Assembly: GCA_017994915.1 (NCBI GenBank)
Contig: JAGOJX010000002.1
Span: 851 to 64,850, forward strand
From: Methanoculleus sp.
GTDB lineage: Archaea > Halobacteriota > Methanomicrobia > Methanomicrobiales > Methanoculleaceae
DNA length: 64,000 bases
Reading direction: 5' to 3'
Positions 9,825 through 19,462 of this stretch are shown piece after piece. The notes below the pieces were generated by a model that did no database searches, was not told where the DNA came from, and saw nothing but the letters and a program-made list of their open reading frames with translations. Numbering within the stretch: the stretch's first letter is position 1; each line of letters starts with the position of its first letter. Made by a program: the position numbers and the translations under genes.

Positions 9825-10340
9825 ATGGGGTATCTCCTGATTGTGGATTACGAATCTGACGCGGAGAGAAAACGTATAGATTACGCGATTGAGCGGTGGG
9901 GGGACAGGGCAGAGATCTCCAAGCCAAAAGGGACAGCGATGGTCTTCAAGGGAGCAGACATCGACGAGTTTCTTGAAGACCTCTATTCCCGTATCGAGGG
10001 TGATAGAAGAAAGGTTGAGGTCTACCGGATGGAGGAGTATCACCCTGAGATAGAGGAGAAGACACGAAGATTGCGTTACGAGAGCACGGAAGAGATCGAA
10101 GTCCTCGAAAAGTTTCTATCCTACCTGATGAGCAAGATCAACGCAGGGTATGACTACAAGACGGGGAACACGAAGAAGTATTTTGTTACCACAAAAAAAG
10201 GGCAAGCCTCCATTGAGATTACCCTGAAAGGCAACGGGACAACGGATGTTCTGATCAGCATCCTGGGTTACGGCGAGATCGTGGAATTTCTTGCAGAAAA
10301 GATCAGCAAGGAGATGGAGGTATTTCTCGGGGATGATTAA
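9825..10340 (+). CDS. Hypothetical two-domain protein; N-terminal half resembles a Cas2/VapD-like ferredoxin fold
   Basis: MGYLLIVDYESDAERKRIDYAIERWG...IDEFLEDLYSRIEGDRRKVEVYRM. The stop abuts the ATG of the next gene. Confidence 0.75.
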   Translation: MGYLLIVDYESDAERKRIDYAIERWGDRAEISKPKGTAMVFKGADIDEFLEDLYSRIEGDRRKVEVYRMEEYHPEIEEKTRRLRYESTEEIEVLEKFLSYLMSKINAGYDYKTGNTKKYFVTTKKGQASIEITLKGNGTTDVLISILGYGEIVEFLAEKISKEMEVFLGDD

Positions 10341-12011
10341 ATGTTCAAAGAAGGAGAGATCGAGTGCACTAATAAGTTACTACTGCCGGCAAAACGGGTT
10401 CTGAAGGCCGGGCCGCAGATCAGGTATGAAGCATTTGAGCGAAGGATTGAACTCTGGAACCAGATCCGAACGAACTTTGACCGGTACCAGGACGGAGAAT
10501 GTGGCACATTCTTGAGGGATCTGGATTCCCATTTCCGTTCGCAGTTCGATGCTGCCCTCGTCGCCCTCGCGGTCAGCGTGAAGGCCAACGGGGAGTCGTT
10601 TGATGCGGTAAAGATCTTTTCTGCTGAAGAGCTCGGACTCTATGAGAGAGTCGAGCGCTACAACGTCTTTGAACTCCTGACCGTGAACGACATCAAAAAG
10701 AGGCTCATCCGGCGGGACGAAAACCTTCTCTCGCTGCTTCATGATTACTACATCGAGATGGACTCCTGGGTCGATGCATCCCTTGAGAATACGGAGATTC
10801 GCCTGACGCTCAGGGGTTACCTGAAGAAGCGGTGGGGAGGCTACAAAGGCAAGGTCAATGCGGCTGTTGCCGAAGCGGTGACTGAACTGGACTGGCTCGG
10901 AGGCCTGATTGCCACCTGGAAGGATGAGGCAGAGAGCCGGGAGAAGGGACTCCGGTCGGAGGTTGAGGCAGAGAAAGAGGCCCATTACTTGATAATAAAG
11001 GATAAGGAAGCTATTCTTCAGGATCAGGAGCGGGAGGTTATTCAGAGGGAGGCAGCGGCACGTGAGGCCATGGTGTCTGCTCGCCAGATTGAGGAAGATG
11101 CCAGGGCGGCCCGTGACAACCTGGTCGTGCAGGAGCAGGCAATCAGGGTGGCAGAGGAGGCCCTCACATCCCGGGAGCAGCGGATCGAAGCTGCTATGAG
11201 AGCGTTGAAGGGCAACGGTCAGGGCGAGCGGAGCAGGTACGTCAGTGCCGGGGAGGCGAAACAGTACGAGCTGACCTTCATCGGGAGGATGGAGAGAAAG
11301 ATCGGGGATTCCCCGGTGATCGGGGGGAGGGCGTTTTATGTGGAGGGGATCGAGGAGAACAGGGGCACCTTTGCAGGATACGCCGGCGAGGCCAAGAAGA
11401 TACTGCCCGAGAACCGCTCTCTCACCATCCGCCTCGTAGAGAAGAGGATCCTTGGGAGAAAGAAACAATACGTCTTTGATGCGTGCTATGCGTCGCGGAT
11501 AGAGAGGTATGCCGACCTGGGCTATGACTGCGACCCTCTCGCCCCGGATGATGTGACGGAGATGCTCGCCAGGATACAGGATCAGGCACGCTCGTCCGGG
11601 TTCGTCACCGTTCTCTGCCTGGCATCCCCGACCGGATTCGACCGGCGGGTGCGGAACTTCATCGACAGTGATGAGTTCCATCGCAACTTCATCTCAAAGT
11701 ACCTCTCGGTCCTTCTCCTTGATGTGGAGACTGGCGACCTCATATTCAACCCCGCAGATGAGACCGCGCAGGCCTTCTCCGATATCTGCAAACTCGAGAT
11801 AGATTCTGAGAAAGAGGCAAAGGTCAGGCGTGACGTGGAGAAAGCAATGCGTGACGCCCTGAAACTGAGGAATCATGTCGTTTTCGATGATATTCAGAAG
11901 GCCCTCGGGAACGGGTCCCTGATGAAGTCTGCATTCTATGATTGCGCCGCCAGGATGGGGGGTGAGGTTCTGTTCGCCGAGGGCGTTGGCCTGGTGATGG
12001 TGCGGGGATAG
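10341..12011 (+). CDS. Coiled-coil protein with a possible restriction-endonuclease-like (Mrr-type) domain and C-terminal winged helix
   Basis: 556 aa. Heptad-rich E/R/A segment at aa about 190-290, then DPLAPDDVTEML...VTVLCLASPTGFD..SVLLLD, and a short helix-helix-hairpin end. Confidence 0.7.
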   Translation: MFKEGEIECTNKLLLPAKRVLKAGPQIRYEAFERRIELWNQIRTNFDRYQDGECGTFLRDLDSHFRSQFDAALVALAVSVKANGESFDAVKIFSAEELGLYERVERYNVFELLTVNDIKKRLIRRDENLLSLLHDYYIEMDSWVDASLENTEIRLTLRGYLKKRWGGYKGKVNAAVAEAVTELDWLGGLIATWKDEAESREKGLRSEVEAEKEAHYLIIKDKEAILQDQEREVIQREAAAREAMVSARQIEEDARAARDNLVVQEQAIRVAEEALTSREQRIEAAMRALKGNGQGERSRYVSAGEAKQYELTFIGRMERKIGDSPVIGGRAFYVEGIEENRGTFAGYAGEAKKILPENRSLTIRLVEKRILGRKKQYVFDACYASRIERYADLGYDCDPLAPDDVTEMLARIQDQARSSGFVTVLCLASPTGFDRRVRNFIDSDEFHRNFISKYLSVLLLDVETGDLIFNPADETAQAFSDICKLEIDSEKEAKVRRDVEKAMRDALKLRNHVVFDDIQKALGNGSLMKSAFYDCAARMGGEVLFAEGVGLVMVRG

Positions 12012-12282
12012 GGCTGAATAAGGGTGCTTTATTTTTCGCCGGGTCTGGCCGGCCTGAAACTCGGAGGCAATCTTGCAAAAACATGAGATCGCCTCCGTTC
12101 CCGGTGCTCGAGGCATTATAATAGCGGCATGTTTATCATGCGCTACTGTAAACGGCTATTAATGCATAGGATCGGTTTTTGCTGATATAGTCTCCTCGAT
12201 CTACATTCAAACCCCCTGCGGGTAGCGATCTTCGAATTCAATTCCTGCCGGCAACGTACCTGTGCATTACGAGGGTAGTAGC

Positions 12283-13524
12283 ATGACCTGGCGAACGGTA
12301 TCTCTAAAGATTGTCGCTGTGGCACTTCCGGTTGTGCTGATGGTTTTGGCTATATTGAGATCACCCTTGATGCCCGTGCCATTGCTGGCGGTAGCGAGCA
12401 CGCTTGTCGTCGTGGTTCTCATCGCTTTCTCCGCACTAAGCAAGGATTACCGGTTTTTATACGTGGTAATCCTGATTATGCTGGGTGTTTTGGCAATAAT
12501 GGGAATACGCCATGAATCGCTGGCGATAGTACTCGCGATTCTTGTAGGGTCTATCATCCTCTATTCAGTGTATCTCATCCGCTCAACAAACGAGGAAAAT
12601 CAAGATGAACCACCCGAAACAAGCGAAATCCAATCATCTGAGCTCCCCGCACAGCCAGTTGAATCGATAAAGGCACACTCATCGATCACCATCGAGCGCA
12701 CCATCTACGATCCCGTAACCCGGGATTTCATCATCTCCTCCTCCCGCCAGCTCGTCAACGTCAGAGACTGGATCAACCGTCATGACCCTTCCTCCTACTG
12801 GCTGATCATCTGCGTACATAACCACGACAACCACCCCATCGACGAGTGGGGGATAGAACTGGAATCTTCATCAACGCTCCAGATTCTTGAGACCGTCATC
12901 GATGGGAGCGACGAGCAGGTGCGCCTCCAGGTCAGCAACCCAAAACCCTGGTTACAGCTGTCGACCTTTGGAGTCCCTTATCATCATGGGGTTGTGATCC
13001 CTCGCGGCGGGTCACGGCGGGTATACTTCCGGCTGGGCTCGGAGTCCTGCGGTGTCTCCCACAGCATCAAGGGCCAGTTCATCTCCAGCGACGCTGGGGC
13101 GGAGATCCGGGAGAAACGGTTCCAGCACTCCTGCGATGTGGCGACGCTCGGGGTGGCCATACGACAGAACCCAGAAATAGCCCTAAAATACACCGAGAAC
13201 GCATTAATGCAGCGGTACGATCATAAACCTGCCCTGAGTTACCTGCACACATTCCGCCTGATCCAGGAGATCGATACCTGCTGTCGCACGAAGCAGTTCG
13301 AGGACGTTAATTTCAAACTGTATGTTCTGGAAGATGCGCTGGATAAGATGGGTGTCAGCGAGAGACTCGTCGGTCTGGTCAAACAGTTGAACGCACTGGA
13401 TATTGACGATGGAATGGGAGGGAGTATGCTGGAACTAAAGGCGCAGAGAGCGGAGAAGATGTGCAAAAACATTGTCGATGTGTGGGCGAACGAGGTGATC
13501 GCACACCAAGTGAGGGTGCGGTGA
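12283..13524 (+). CDS. 4-TM membrane protein carrying C-terminal 'domain X'
   Basis: Four hydrophobic helices in the first about 100 aa, an acidic linker, then ITIERTIYDP... as in 4993..7110. Confidence 0.85.
   Translation: MTWRTVSLKIVAVALPVVLMVLAILRSPLMPVPLLAVASTLVVVVLIAFSALSKDYRFLYVVILIMLGVLAIMGIRHESLAIVLAILVGSIILYSVYLIRSTNEENQDEPPETSEIQSSELPAQPVESIKAHSSITIERTIYDPVTRDFIISSSRQLVNVRDWINRHDPSSYWLIICVHNHDNHPIDEWGIELESSSTLQILETVIDGSDEQVRLQVSNPKPWLQLSTFGVPYHHGVVIPRGGSRRVYFRLGSESCGVSHSIKGQFISSDAGAEIREKRFQHSCDVATLGVAIRQNPEIALKYTENALMQRYDHKPALSYLHTFRLIQEIDTCCRTKQFEDVNFKLYVLEDALDKMGVSERLVGLVKQLNALDIDDGMGGSMLELKAQRAEKMCKNIVDVWANEVIAHQVRVR
12685..13485 (+). repeat. About 800-bp dispersed direct repeat, copy 2
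   Basis: Matches 6277..7077. Confidence 0.9.
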
Positions 13525-13655
13525 CGAGGTTCTGTAAAAAGAACCGGCCAGAATCGCTGTTTATTGGGAAAAATCAGCAGTCACCTGCAACAACCACATT
13601 TTCCAAGTCTACTTCCAGAAATCTCCCGGTTCCCTGTTCGAGTTTGTCAATTTTT

Positions 13656-15419
13656 TTACACCATTCCGTTCTCCCGCTCAATATTCCTGCAGAGCACCTT
13701 CAACATCTCAATACGGTCACTCTGAATCGAGATACCTTCGGTGATCATGTATTCGATCCCCTGACATATCTGATCCAGGTGCTCCCGGTAAGCTTCGGTG
13801 AAGTACCCCAGGTCAGTCAGGGCACAGAGAAGTTCCGTCTGGTTGTTAGACCGGGCATGGATGAGGGCAAGCTCCGCGGTTACCCTCACCAGTTTCTGCG
13901 TTAGGCGCCGGATCTCATCGGGACTCGAGCTGACTAGAAGGCTCTCTTTTAGTTCTTCGGCCACCCTGTCAAGGGTAAGTGATTCAAGATCTGTGAGAGC
14001 ATCAAGTGCATCGACAAACTCTTCAACAGATTGGAAGCGATCCTCTTTCTTTCTGGCAATAAGTTTCTCGAAGATACCGTCGTACAGTCTGAGGGTCGGA
14101 TCGTGCACCGAAGGGAGAAGTATCCGGGTGTTGCCCGAAAGGATCATACCGAAGAGTGCCGTGGGCGACGACCCTTCGTAGGGCACTTTACCGGTCAGGA
14201 GTTCGTAGAAGATCATACCGAGGAGGTAGATGTCCGTCCTTGCATCGGGTTTCCCGAACGTCGCCGGATCAATCTGTTCCGGCGCCGCATAGAGCGGGCT
14301 GAACCCCGCCTGCATGGAGAGGGAGCTCCTCGCCCCGATCCCGGCAAGCCCGAAGTCAGTAACCCTGGGGTTTCCCTCACGGTCAAGCAGAACATTCTGG
14401 GGTTTGAGATCCAGGTGGTAGATGCCCTTATGGTGAGCATGGATCAGGCCGGCGGCAATGTTTCGGGCCAGATCCAAAGCCCGCATTACAGGGACGGGTT
14501 TTGGGAGCGTATCCAGGTCTTCAACGTGAATGTCTCCTTCAGTGTATCCGCCGATGTATTCCATCTCGATCAGGGGCACCGGGTAGATATCCGCATGGTA
14601 GAGGGTGACGATATTCGGGTGGCGAAGGTTGTACCAGGCAGCGACCTCCTTGATGAACAGACTGCTGTTCTTTTCATCGATGCGCGGAATTTTAACTGCT
14701 ACAATTTTTCCATCGGAGCGACGCCGTGCCTGATACACGGCAGCGAACCCTCCCTCGCCGATCAGATGCATCTGTTCATACCGTGATGCAAGTGACGGAG
14801 GCGCACCCTTGCCAGAGTCCGGCCGTGCAGTTTCCAGGGGGAAAGGAGGTTTCTGAAGTTTTGCCTTCAATTCTCTGATCCGGCTTTCTGCCTCATAGAG
14901 GCGTGGTTCTGCGGCGACTGCCTTCTGGTAGCATTCCATTGCCTGATCCAGCGCTCCGGTATCGGCGTAAATGTCACCTTTCATGAGCCAGGGCTTTCCC
15001 AGATGAGAATCGAGAGCGATGGCACGGTCATAGCAGGAAAGAGCCTCAGGATAATTGCCCATACGGTGGTACGTGGTCCCTTTGCCGTACCAGGAGTAAG
15101 CCGGTCTTGGGGCCATTGCAATTGCTCTGTCGTAACAACGGAGGGCTTCGGCATAGTCACCCATATCCCTGAAGATGTTCCCTTTATCATACCACGGTCG
15201 ATCGAGGCGGGGGTTCAGGGTCAGTGCCCGATCATGGCACCCGATGGCCGCTGTAAAATCTTTCATCTTGTAGAGGGCATTCCCTTTGCCATACCACAGA
15301 AACGGATCCAACGGATTCATGGAGAGGCCCGCATCGTAACAACGGATCGCCTCCTCCAGATGCCCCTGTCTCTTGTATGCATCACCCTTCTTTCTCCATT
15401 GATAAGCGTTTTCTGCCAT
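13656..15419 (-). CDS. TPR-fused Hanks-type Ser/Thr protein kinase 1
   Basis: About 5 TPRs, then IGEGGFA, VAVK, HLDLKPQN (non-RD), TDFG, YAAPE, DIYLLG, and a C-terminal helical extension. Confidence 0.92.
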   Translation of the reverse strand: MAENAYQWRKKGDAYKRQGHLEEAIRCYDAGLSMNPLDPFLWYGKGNALYKMKDFTAAIGCHDRALTLNPRLDRPWYDKGNIFRDMGDYAEALRCYDRAIAMAPRPAYSWYGKGTTYHRMGNYPEALSCYDRAIALDSHLGKPWLMKGDIYADTGALDQAMECYQKAVAAEPRLYEAESRIRELKAKLQKPPFPLETARPDSGKGAPPSLASRYEQMHLIGEGGFAAVYQARRRSDGKIVAVKIPRIDEKNSSLFIKEVAAWYNLRHPNIVTLYHADIYPVPLIEMEYIGGYTEGDIHVEDLDTLPKPVPVMRALDLARNIAAGLIHAHHKGIYHLDLKPQNVLLDREGNPRVTDFGLAGIGARSSLSMQAGFSPLYAAPEQIDPATFGKPDARTDIYLLGMIFYELLTGKVPYEGSSPTALFGMILSGNTRILLPSVHDPTLRLYDGIFEKLIARKKEDRFQSVEEFVDALDALTDLESLTLDRVAEELKESLLVSSSPDEIRRLTQKLVRVTAELALIHARSNNQTELLCALTDLGYFTEAYREHLDQICQGIEYMITEGISIQSDRIEMLKVLCRNIERENGMV

Positions 15420-15911
15420 AGCTACCACCCCATAAACAACGATCTGGTCACATCCTCACGGCGGAATTGCCTTTATCGGTGGGACTGTGCTGATCCCGGT
15501 AGATGCGCTAGAAATACTCCGGGTGGCCTGATCCGTATGAACACCCGGGAAGTGCCCTGTTTTCTCTGTAATTCGCCTGAGCTCTGTTTCTCTGGTTGAT
15601 CATTCATATTCTACTTCTAAATACTTTCTGCTGCAGTTCGTCTCCCGGCTGAGTCATGCCGGACACTCACGTATTTCACGCGATATTGTGTCATAGACTC
15701 ATTACAGGTGTCTGTTGCCCTGCCGGCATCCATTTCCTTCGCCCTGTTTATCCGACTTAGTAGTGAATCCAGAATCCTTAGCAACCTGCTGATGCTCTGA
15801 ATGAGAAACCGAAATGTTCATGAGTTCTCACCTACATCGATTCATTAATCTGCCGTCTCTCGCTTCAACGATGTAAGATCCCTTGTTGGCGCACAGTTAG
15901 ACGGTAACCGG

Positions 15912-18011
15912 ATGATCATGGCCTTATTCTGGAAGAAACCGGACACAAAGGAAGCACAACGCTGGGTCGATGAAGGGAAGAGGGCGCTTGACCCACAGCA
16001 GAAGTTGGCCTGCTTCAATAAGGCCATCCGTGCTGACCCGGATTACGCGCCGGGGTGGAACAACAAGGGCAATGTTCTGCTCGGTCTCGGGAACTATGAA
16101 GAGGCCCTTGCCTGCTGCTCAAAAGCAGTCGAGCTCAGCCCGAGTTATCCCTACGCCTGGAATGCCCGTGGAAACGCGCTGAAAAATCTGGGGCGGCATG
16201 TCGAGGCGATAAAAAGTTACGAGAAGGCAATCTCGCTCAACCGGGACTACGCATACCCATGGAACGGGAAAGGTGATGCTCTCAGGGAACTTGGGCAATA
16301 TAGCCAGGCAATTGACTGTTATGACCGCGCATTAAAGATCAAATCATTCGCATGGCCTTGGAACGGGAAAGGTCTCACATTCACCAGAATGGAGAGATTT
16401 GAAGATGCACTGTATTGTTTTGACCGAGCAATCAGCGCCTCACCAGCGTTTGTCTGGCCGTGGTACGGGAAAGGGAACGCGCTCGAAGAACTTGGAAGAG
16501 TTCAGGAAGCCGCTCACTGCTACAGAACTGCTTTGAAGATCGATCCCGAGCTCCGCGATGCAAAGACCCGGCTGGACCGGATCTCTGCACACGTAATATC
16601 TAACAGATTTGAGCGCAATTGGGAGAGTGAGCCCGCTACGCAGCCTGCACCGCTTACTGCGAACACTTTCCGGCAAGAACTTTCTGGTCTCTTTTCACGC
16701 GCACAGGACGCTGGAAGAACTTCGATTGAAGTCAACTCCGGTAAACTCCACCGCTCCCTGGGAGGGTATCCCGGCATCCACCATCGCATGCCGGTCTGCT
16801 GTGATGCCATGTACCAGGAGATGCGGGCGGGAGACCGGATCCTCAGTGCGCCGGCAAAAGGGAAAGGGGCCAGCCTGACGATCCGGTACCTGCTGCCCAG
16901 ACCCGGGAAGGGTACGCCATCCCCTCCTGCGATGCCGGTGGATGATGGGCAGGAAATCCCTGCAAGCCTCGCATCGCGTTACACGGAGAGCGTGCTTATA
17001 GGCCAGGGCGGGTTTGCACGAGTATTCAAGGTTACGAAACGAGACGGGAGCGTTGTCGCGGTTAAAGTCCCGATAGCACTCGATCCATCGACAGGGAGAT
17101 CCTTTATTGCTGAGATCCAGAACTGGGTGCATCTCGATCACCGCAATATCGTCAGGGTTATCGATTACAACATCTTACCTGTCCCGTTCATCGAGATGGA
17201 ATACTGCAGCACCTCGTTATCGGCTATAGACAAACCGATCCCCTCCCATGAAGCAGCCATGCTCATGCTCAACATTTGCGATGGGCTGAAGTATGCCCAT
17301 GCCAGATCCATCGTTCATCGAGATCTCAAGCCACAGAACATCATGCTCAGCGAGGGAGTACCGAAGATAACCGACTGGGGGTTGAGCAAGGTTGTCTCCA
17401 GCGCTTCGTTCTCTGCTTCACCCTCGTACTCCGTCCACTATGCGGCGCCGGAGCAGATCCAGGGTGATCGAAAGGATGAGCGGGCGGACATCTGGCAACT
17501 CGGGGTGATCCTGTATGAACTGGTCACCGGTAGGTTACCGTTTGCCGGCGAGAGCATGGTCGAGATCGGGATGGCGGTCGCCGCGAAAGTGCCGGAGCGA
17601 CCAGGTGCGGTTCATCCCGATGCAGAACCGCTGGATGCCATCATCCTGAAGTGCCTTGAGAAAGATCCCGAGAAGCGGTACCAGTCGGCGGCCGATCTCC
17701 AGAAAGACCTCACAGCATACCTGAAAGTGAACTATTCTGAGTCCTTGAAGGAGAGCATTCGCATGAATGATCTCCATCGGTCGGCCTACTACTGCGGAGA
17801 CCTCGTGCTGATCAGCATGAAGATCGGCGATCTGGTGGCTGCCTACAAGTATGCGGTCGATCTTGCGGGATACTCAGCCGGAAAGAACCAGGTACGGGCG
17901 ACCGAATTGGCAGAGCAGATTAAGGCAAGGGTTGAGATGGGGGCACAGGAACTTCCGGAAGAGTTGATCCAGAAGGCCGAGGTGGTCGTGCACCAGGTCC
18001 GGGTGAGGTGA
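15912..18011 (+). CDS. TPR-fused Hanks-type Ser/Thr protein kinase 2 with an inserted about 80-aa domain
   Basis: About 6 TPRs, insert ([19 protein letters not shown]), [34 protein letters not shown], helical tail. The start may be 15918. Confidence 0.92.
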   Translation: MIMALFWKKPDTKEAQRWVDEGKRALDPQQKLACFNKAIRADPDYAPGWNNKGNVLLGLGNYEEALACCSKAVELSPSYPYAWNARGNALKNLGRHVEAIKSYEKAISLNRDYAYPWNGKGDALRELGQYSQAIDCYDRALKIKSFAWPWNGKGLTFTRMERFEDALYCFDRAISASPAFVWPWYGKGNALEELGRVQEAAHCYRTALKIDPELRDAKTRLDRISAHVISNRFERNWESEPATQPAPLTANTFRQELSGLFSRAQDAGRTSIEVNSGKLHRSLGGYPGIHHRMPVCCDAMYQEMRAGDRILSAPAKGKGASLTIRYLLPRPGKGTPSPPAMPVDDGQEIPASLASRYTESVLIGQGGFARVFKVTKRDGSVVAVKVPIALDPSTGRSFIAEIQNWVHLDHRNIVRVIDYNILPVPFIEMEYCSTSLSAIDKPIPSHEAAMLMLNICDGLKYAHARSIVHRDLKPQNIMLSEGVPKITDWGLSKVVSSASFSASPSYSVHYAAPEQIQGDRKDERADIWQLGVILYELVTGRLPFAGESMVEIGMAVAAKVPERPGAVHPDAEPLDAIILKCLEKDPEKRYQSAADLQKDLTAYLKVNYSESLKESIRMNDLHRSAYYCGDLVLISMKIGDLVAAYKYAVDLAGYSAGKNQVRATELAEQIKARVEMGAQELPEELIQKAEVVVHQVRVR

Positions 18012-18093
18012 AGGAGGGTTTGCGAAAAGGGTGGCTGTAGATCCCCTGATGCAGACCCAAACCCTCTTCCCTGCCGGCATCAAGAGGAACGCC

Positions 18094-19026
18094 ATGGACA
18101 GAATCGACCGCTACCGCGGCTGCCTGCTCGGCCTCGCCGCCGGGGATGCCCTCGGGACGACGGTCGAGTTCCGGCCGCCCGGGACGTTTACGCCCGTCAC
18201 CGGGATGGTCGGCGGCGGGCCGTTCGGCCTCAAACCCGGGAAGTGGACCGACGACACCTCCCTCGCCCTCTGCCTCGCCGAGAGCCTGATCGAGCGGAGG
18301 GGGTTTGACCCCGTCGACCAGCTGGAGCGCTACTCCCGCTGGTTTACGGAGGGGCACCTCTCCAGTACCGGGACCTGCTTCGATATCGGGACGACGACCC
18401 GGAAGGCTCTCCAGCGGTTTATGCTCAGCCGCGAGCCCTATCCGGGGCTGACGGATGAGCGGTCCGCGGGGAACGGGTCGCTGATGCGGCTCTGCCCCGT
18501 GCCCATGTTCTACGCCGCCGACCCCGCCCGGGCGATCGAACTCTCGGGCGAGAGTTCGCGGACGACCCACGCGCTGCCGCTTGTCGTGGATGCCTGCCGC
18601 TACTTCGGGGGGCTCATCGCCGGGGCACTCACGGGTGCGCCGAAAGAAACCCTGCTCGCGGCACGCTACGCCCCGGTCCCGGGCTACTGGGAGGAGCACC
18701 CGCTTGCCGGTGAGATCGACACGGTCGCGGCGGGGTCTTTTCTCCACAAGGACCCGCCGGCGATCCGGGGGCGCGGCTACGTCGCCTGCGCGCTCGAAGC
18801 GGCGCTCTGGGCGTTCTCCCGGTCCAGCACCTTCGAGGAGGGGTGCCTCCTCGCGGTGAACCTCGGTGACGACGCCGACACCACCGGAGCGATCTACGGC
18901 CAACTCGCCGGGGCCTACTACGGGGCGGCCGCGATCCCGCGGGCGTGGCGGGACTGCCTTGCGATGCGTGACCTGATCGAGTCGTACGCCGAGGGGCTTT
19001 ACCGGTGCGGTGGCACGCCCCGTTGA
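18094..19026 (+). CDS. ADP-ribosylglycohydrolase (DraG/ARH family)
   Basis: [55 protein letters not shown]. Confidence 0.93.
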   Translation: MDRIDRYRGCLLGLAAGDALGTTVEFRPPGTFTPVTGMVGGGPFGLKPGKWTDDTSLALCLAESLIERRGFDPVDQLERYSRWFTEGHLSSTGTCFDIGTTTRKALQRFMLSREPYPGLTDERSAGNGSLMRLCPVPMFYAADPARAIELSGESSRTTHALPLVVDACRYFGGLIAGALTGAPKETLLAARYAPVPGYWEEHPLAGEIDTVAAGSFLHKDPPAIRGRGYVACALEAALWAFSRSSTFEEGCLLAVNLGDDADTTGAIYGQLAGAYYGAAAIPRAWRDCLAMRDLIESYAEGLYRCGGTPR

Positions 19027-19183
19027 TCACCAGCAGCGCGATCACGTCGAATCGGGCCTGTAGCAACTCTGGGAACAGGGGATCATCGCCGTCCTCGCCG
19101 TCCTCGCCGAGTCCGGGGGACGGCGTGCCGCGACCTATGTCTTTGGGCGCCATCTCGCCATCACCGAGGGGGACCGGTTGTGA
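19025..19183 (+). pseudogene. Possible remnant of the C-terminal HTH of a Fic-family protein
   Basis: Frame reads ..GL*QLWEQGIIAVLAVLAESGGRRAATYVFGRHLAITEGDRL*, with an internal stop and no start. Resemblance is from memory. Confidence 0.3.
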
Positions 19184-19264
19184 ATCCCTGATACCTGCAA
19201 GCCGGTCCGGGTATACCAGAACCCCGGCCCGGTATACACAAACCATGCCACGGGGGGGTGGTTC

Positions 19265-19373
19265 TGCGACACCCATGACGCACGACAGCATTTGTGCGAC
19301 ACCTATGACCCACAACAACGGTTGAGCTACACGTGATGCCAATAAGTGTCGCACAGAAACAGTGGTGCGACAC
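19265..19373. repeat. Cluster of TGCGACAC boxes (30-bp period plus one inverted copy)
   Basis: TGCGACAC at 19265, 19295 and 19366; AGCTACAC at 19325; GTGTCGCA at 19346. Confidence 0.65.
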
Positions 19374-19462
19374 CGGTGACGCGCACCGATCGGACCCGGC
19401 CGGCCCGGGGCGGAGTGGGAAGACCCCCTGCGCCGCAGACTGCGGGCCCAGGTCCGGCGTAC

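Noticed and set aside
9825-10340. Annotation as cas2
   Set aside because: No cas1 or array, and it has an extra domain. Kept only as a fold-level hypothesis.
19265-19373. Possible mini-CRISPR
   Set aside because: The units are contiguous 30-mers with no spacers, and no cas genes are nearby.
4550-19400. Calling the low-GC island a transposon or provirus
   Set aside because: No integrase, transposase, tRNA target or flanking direct repeats were seen.
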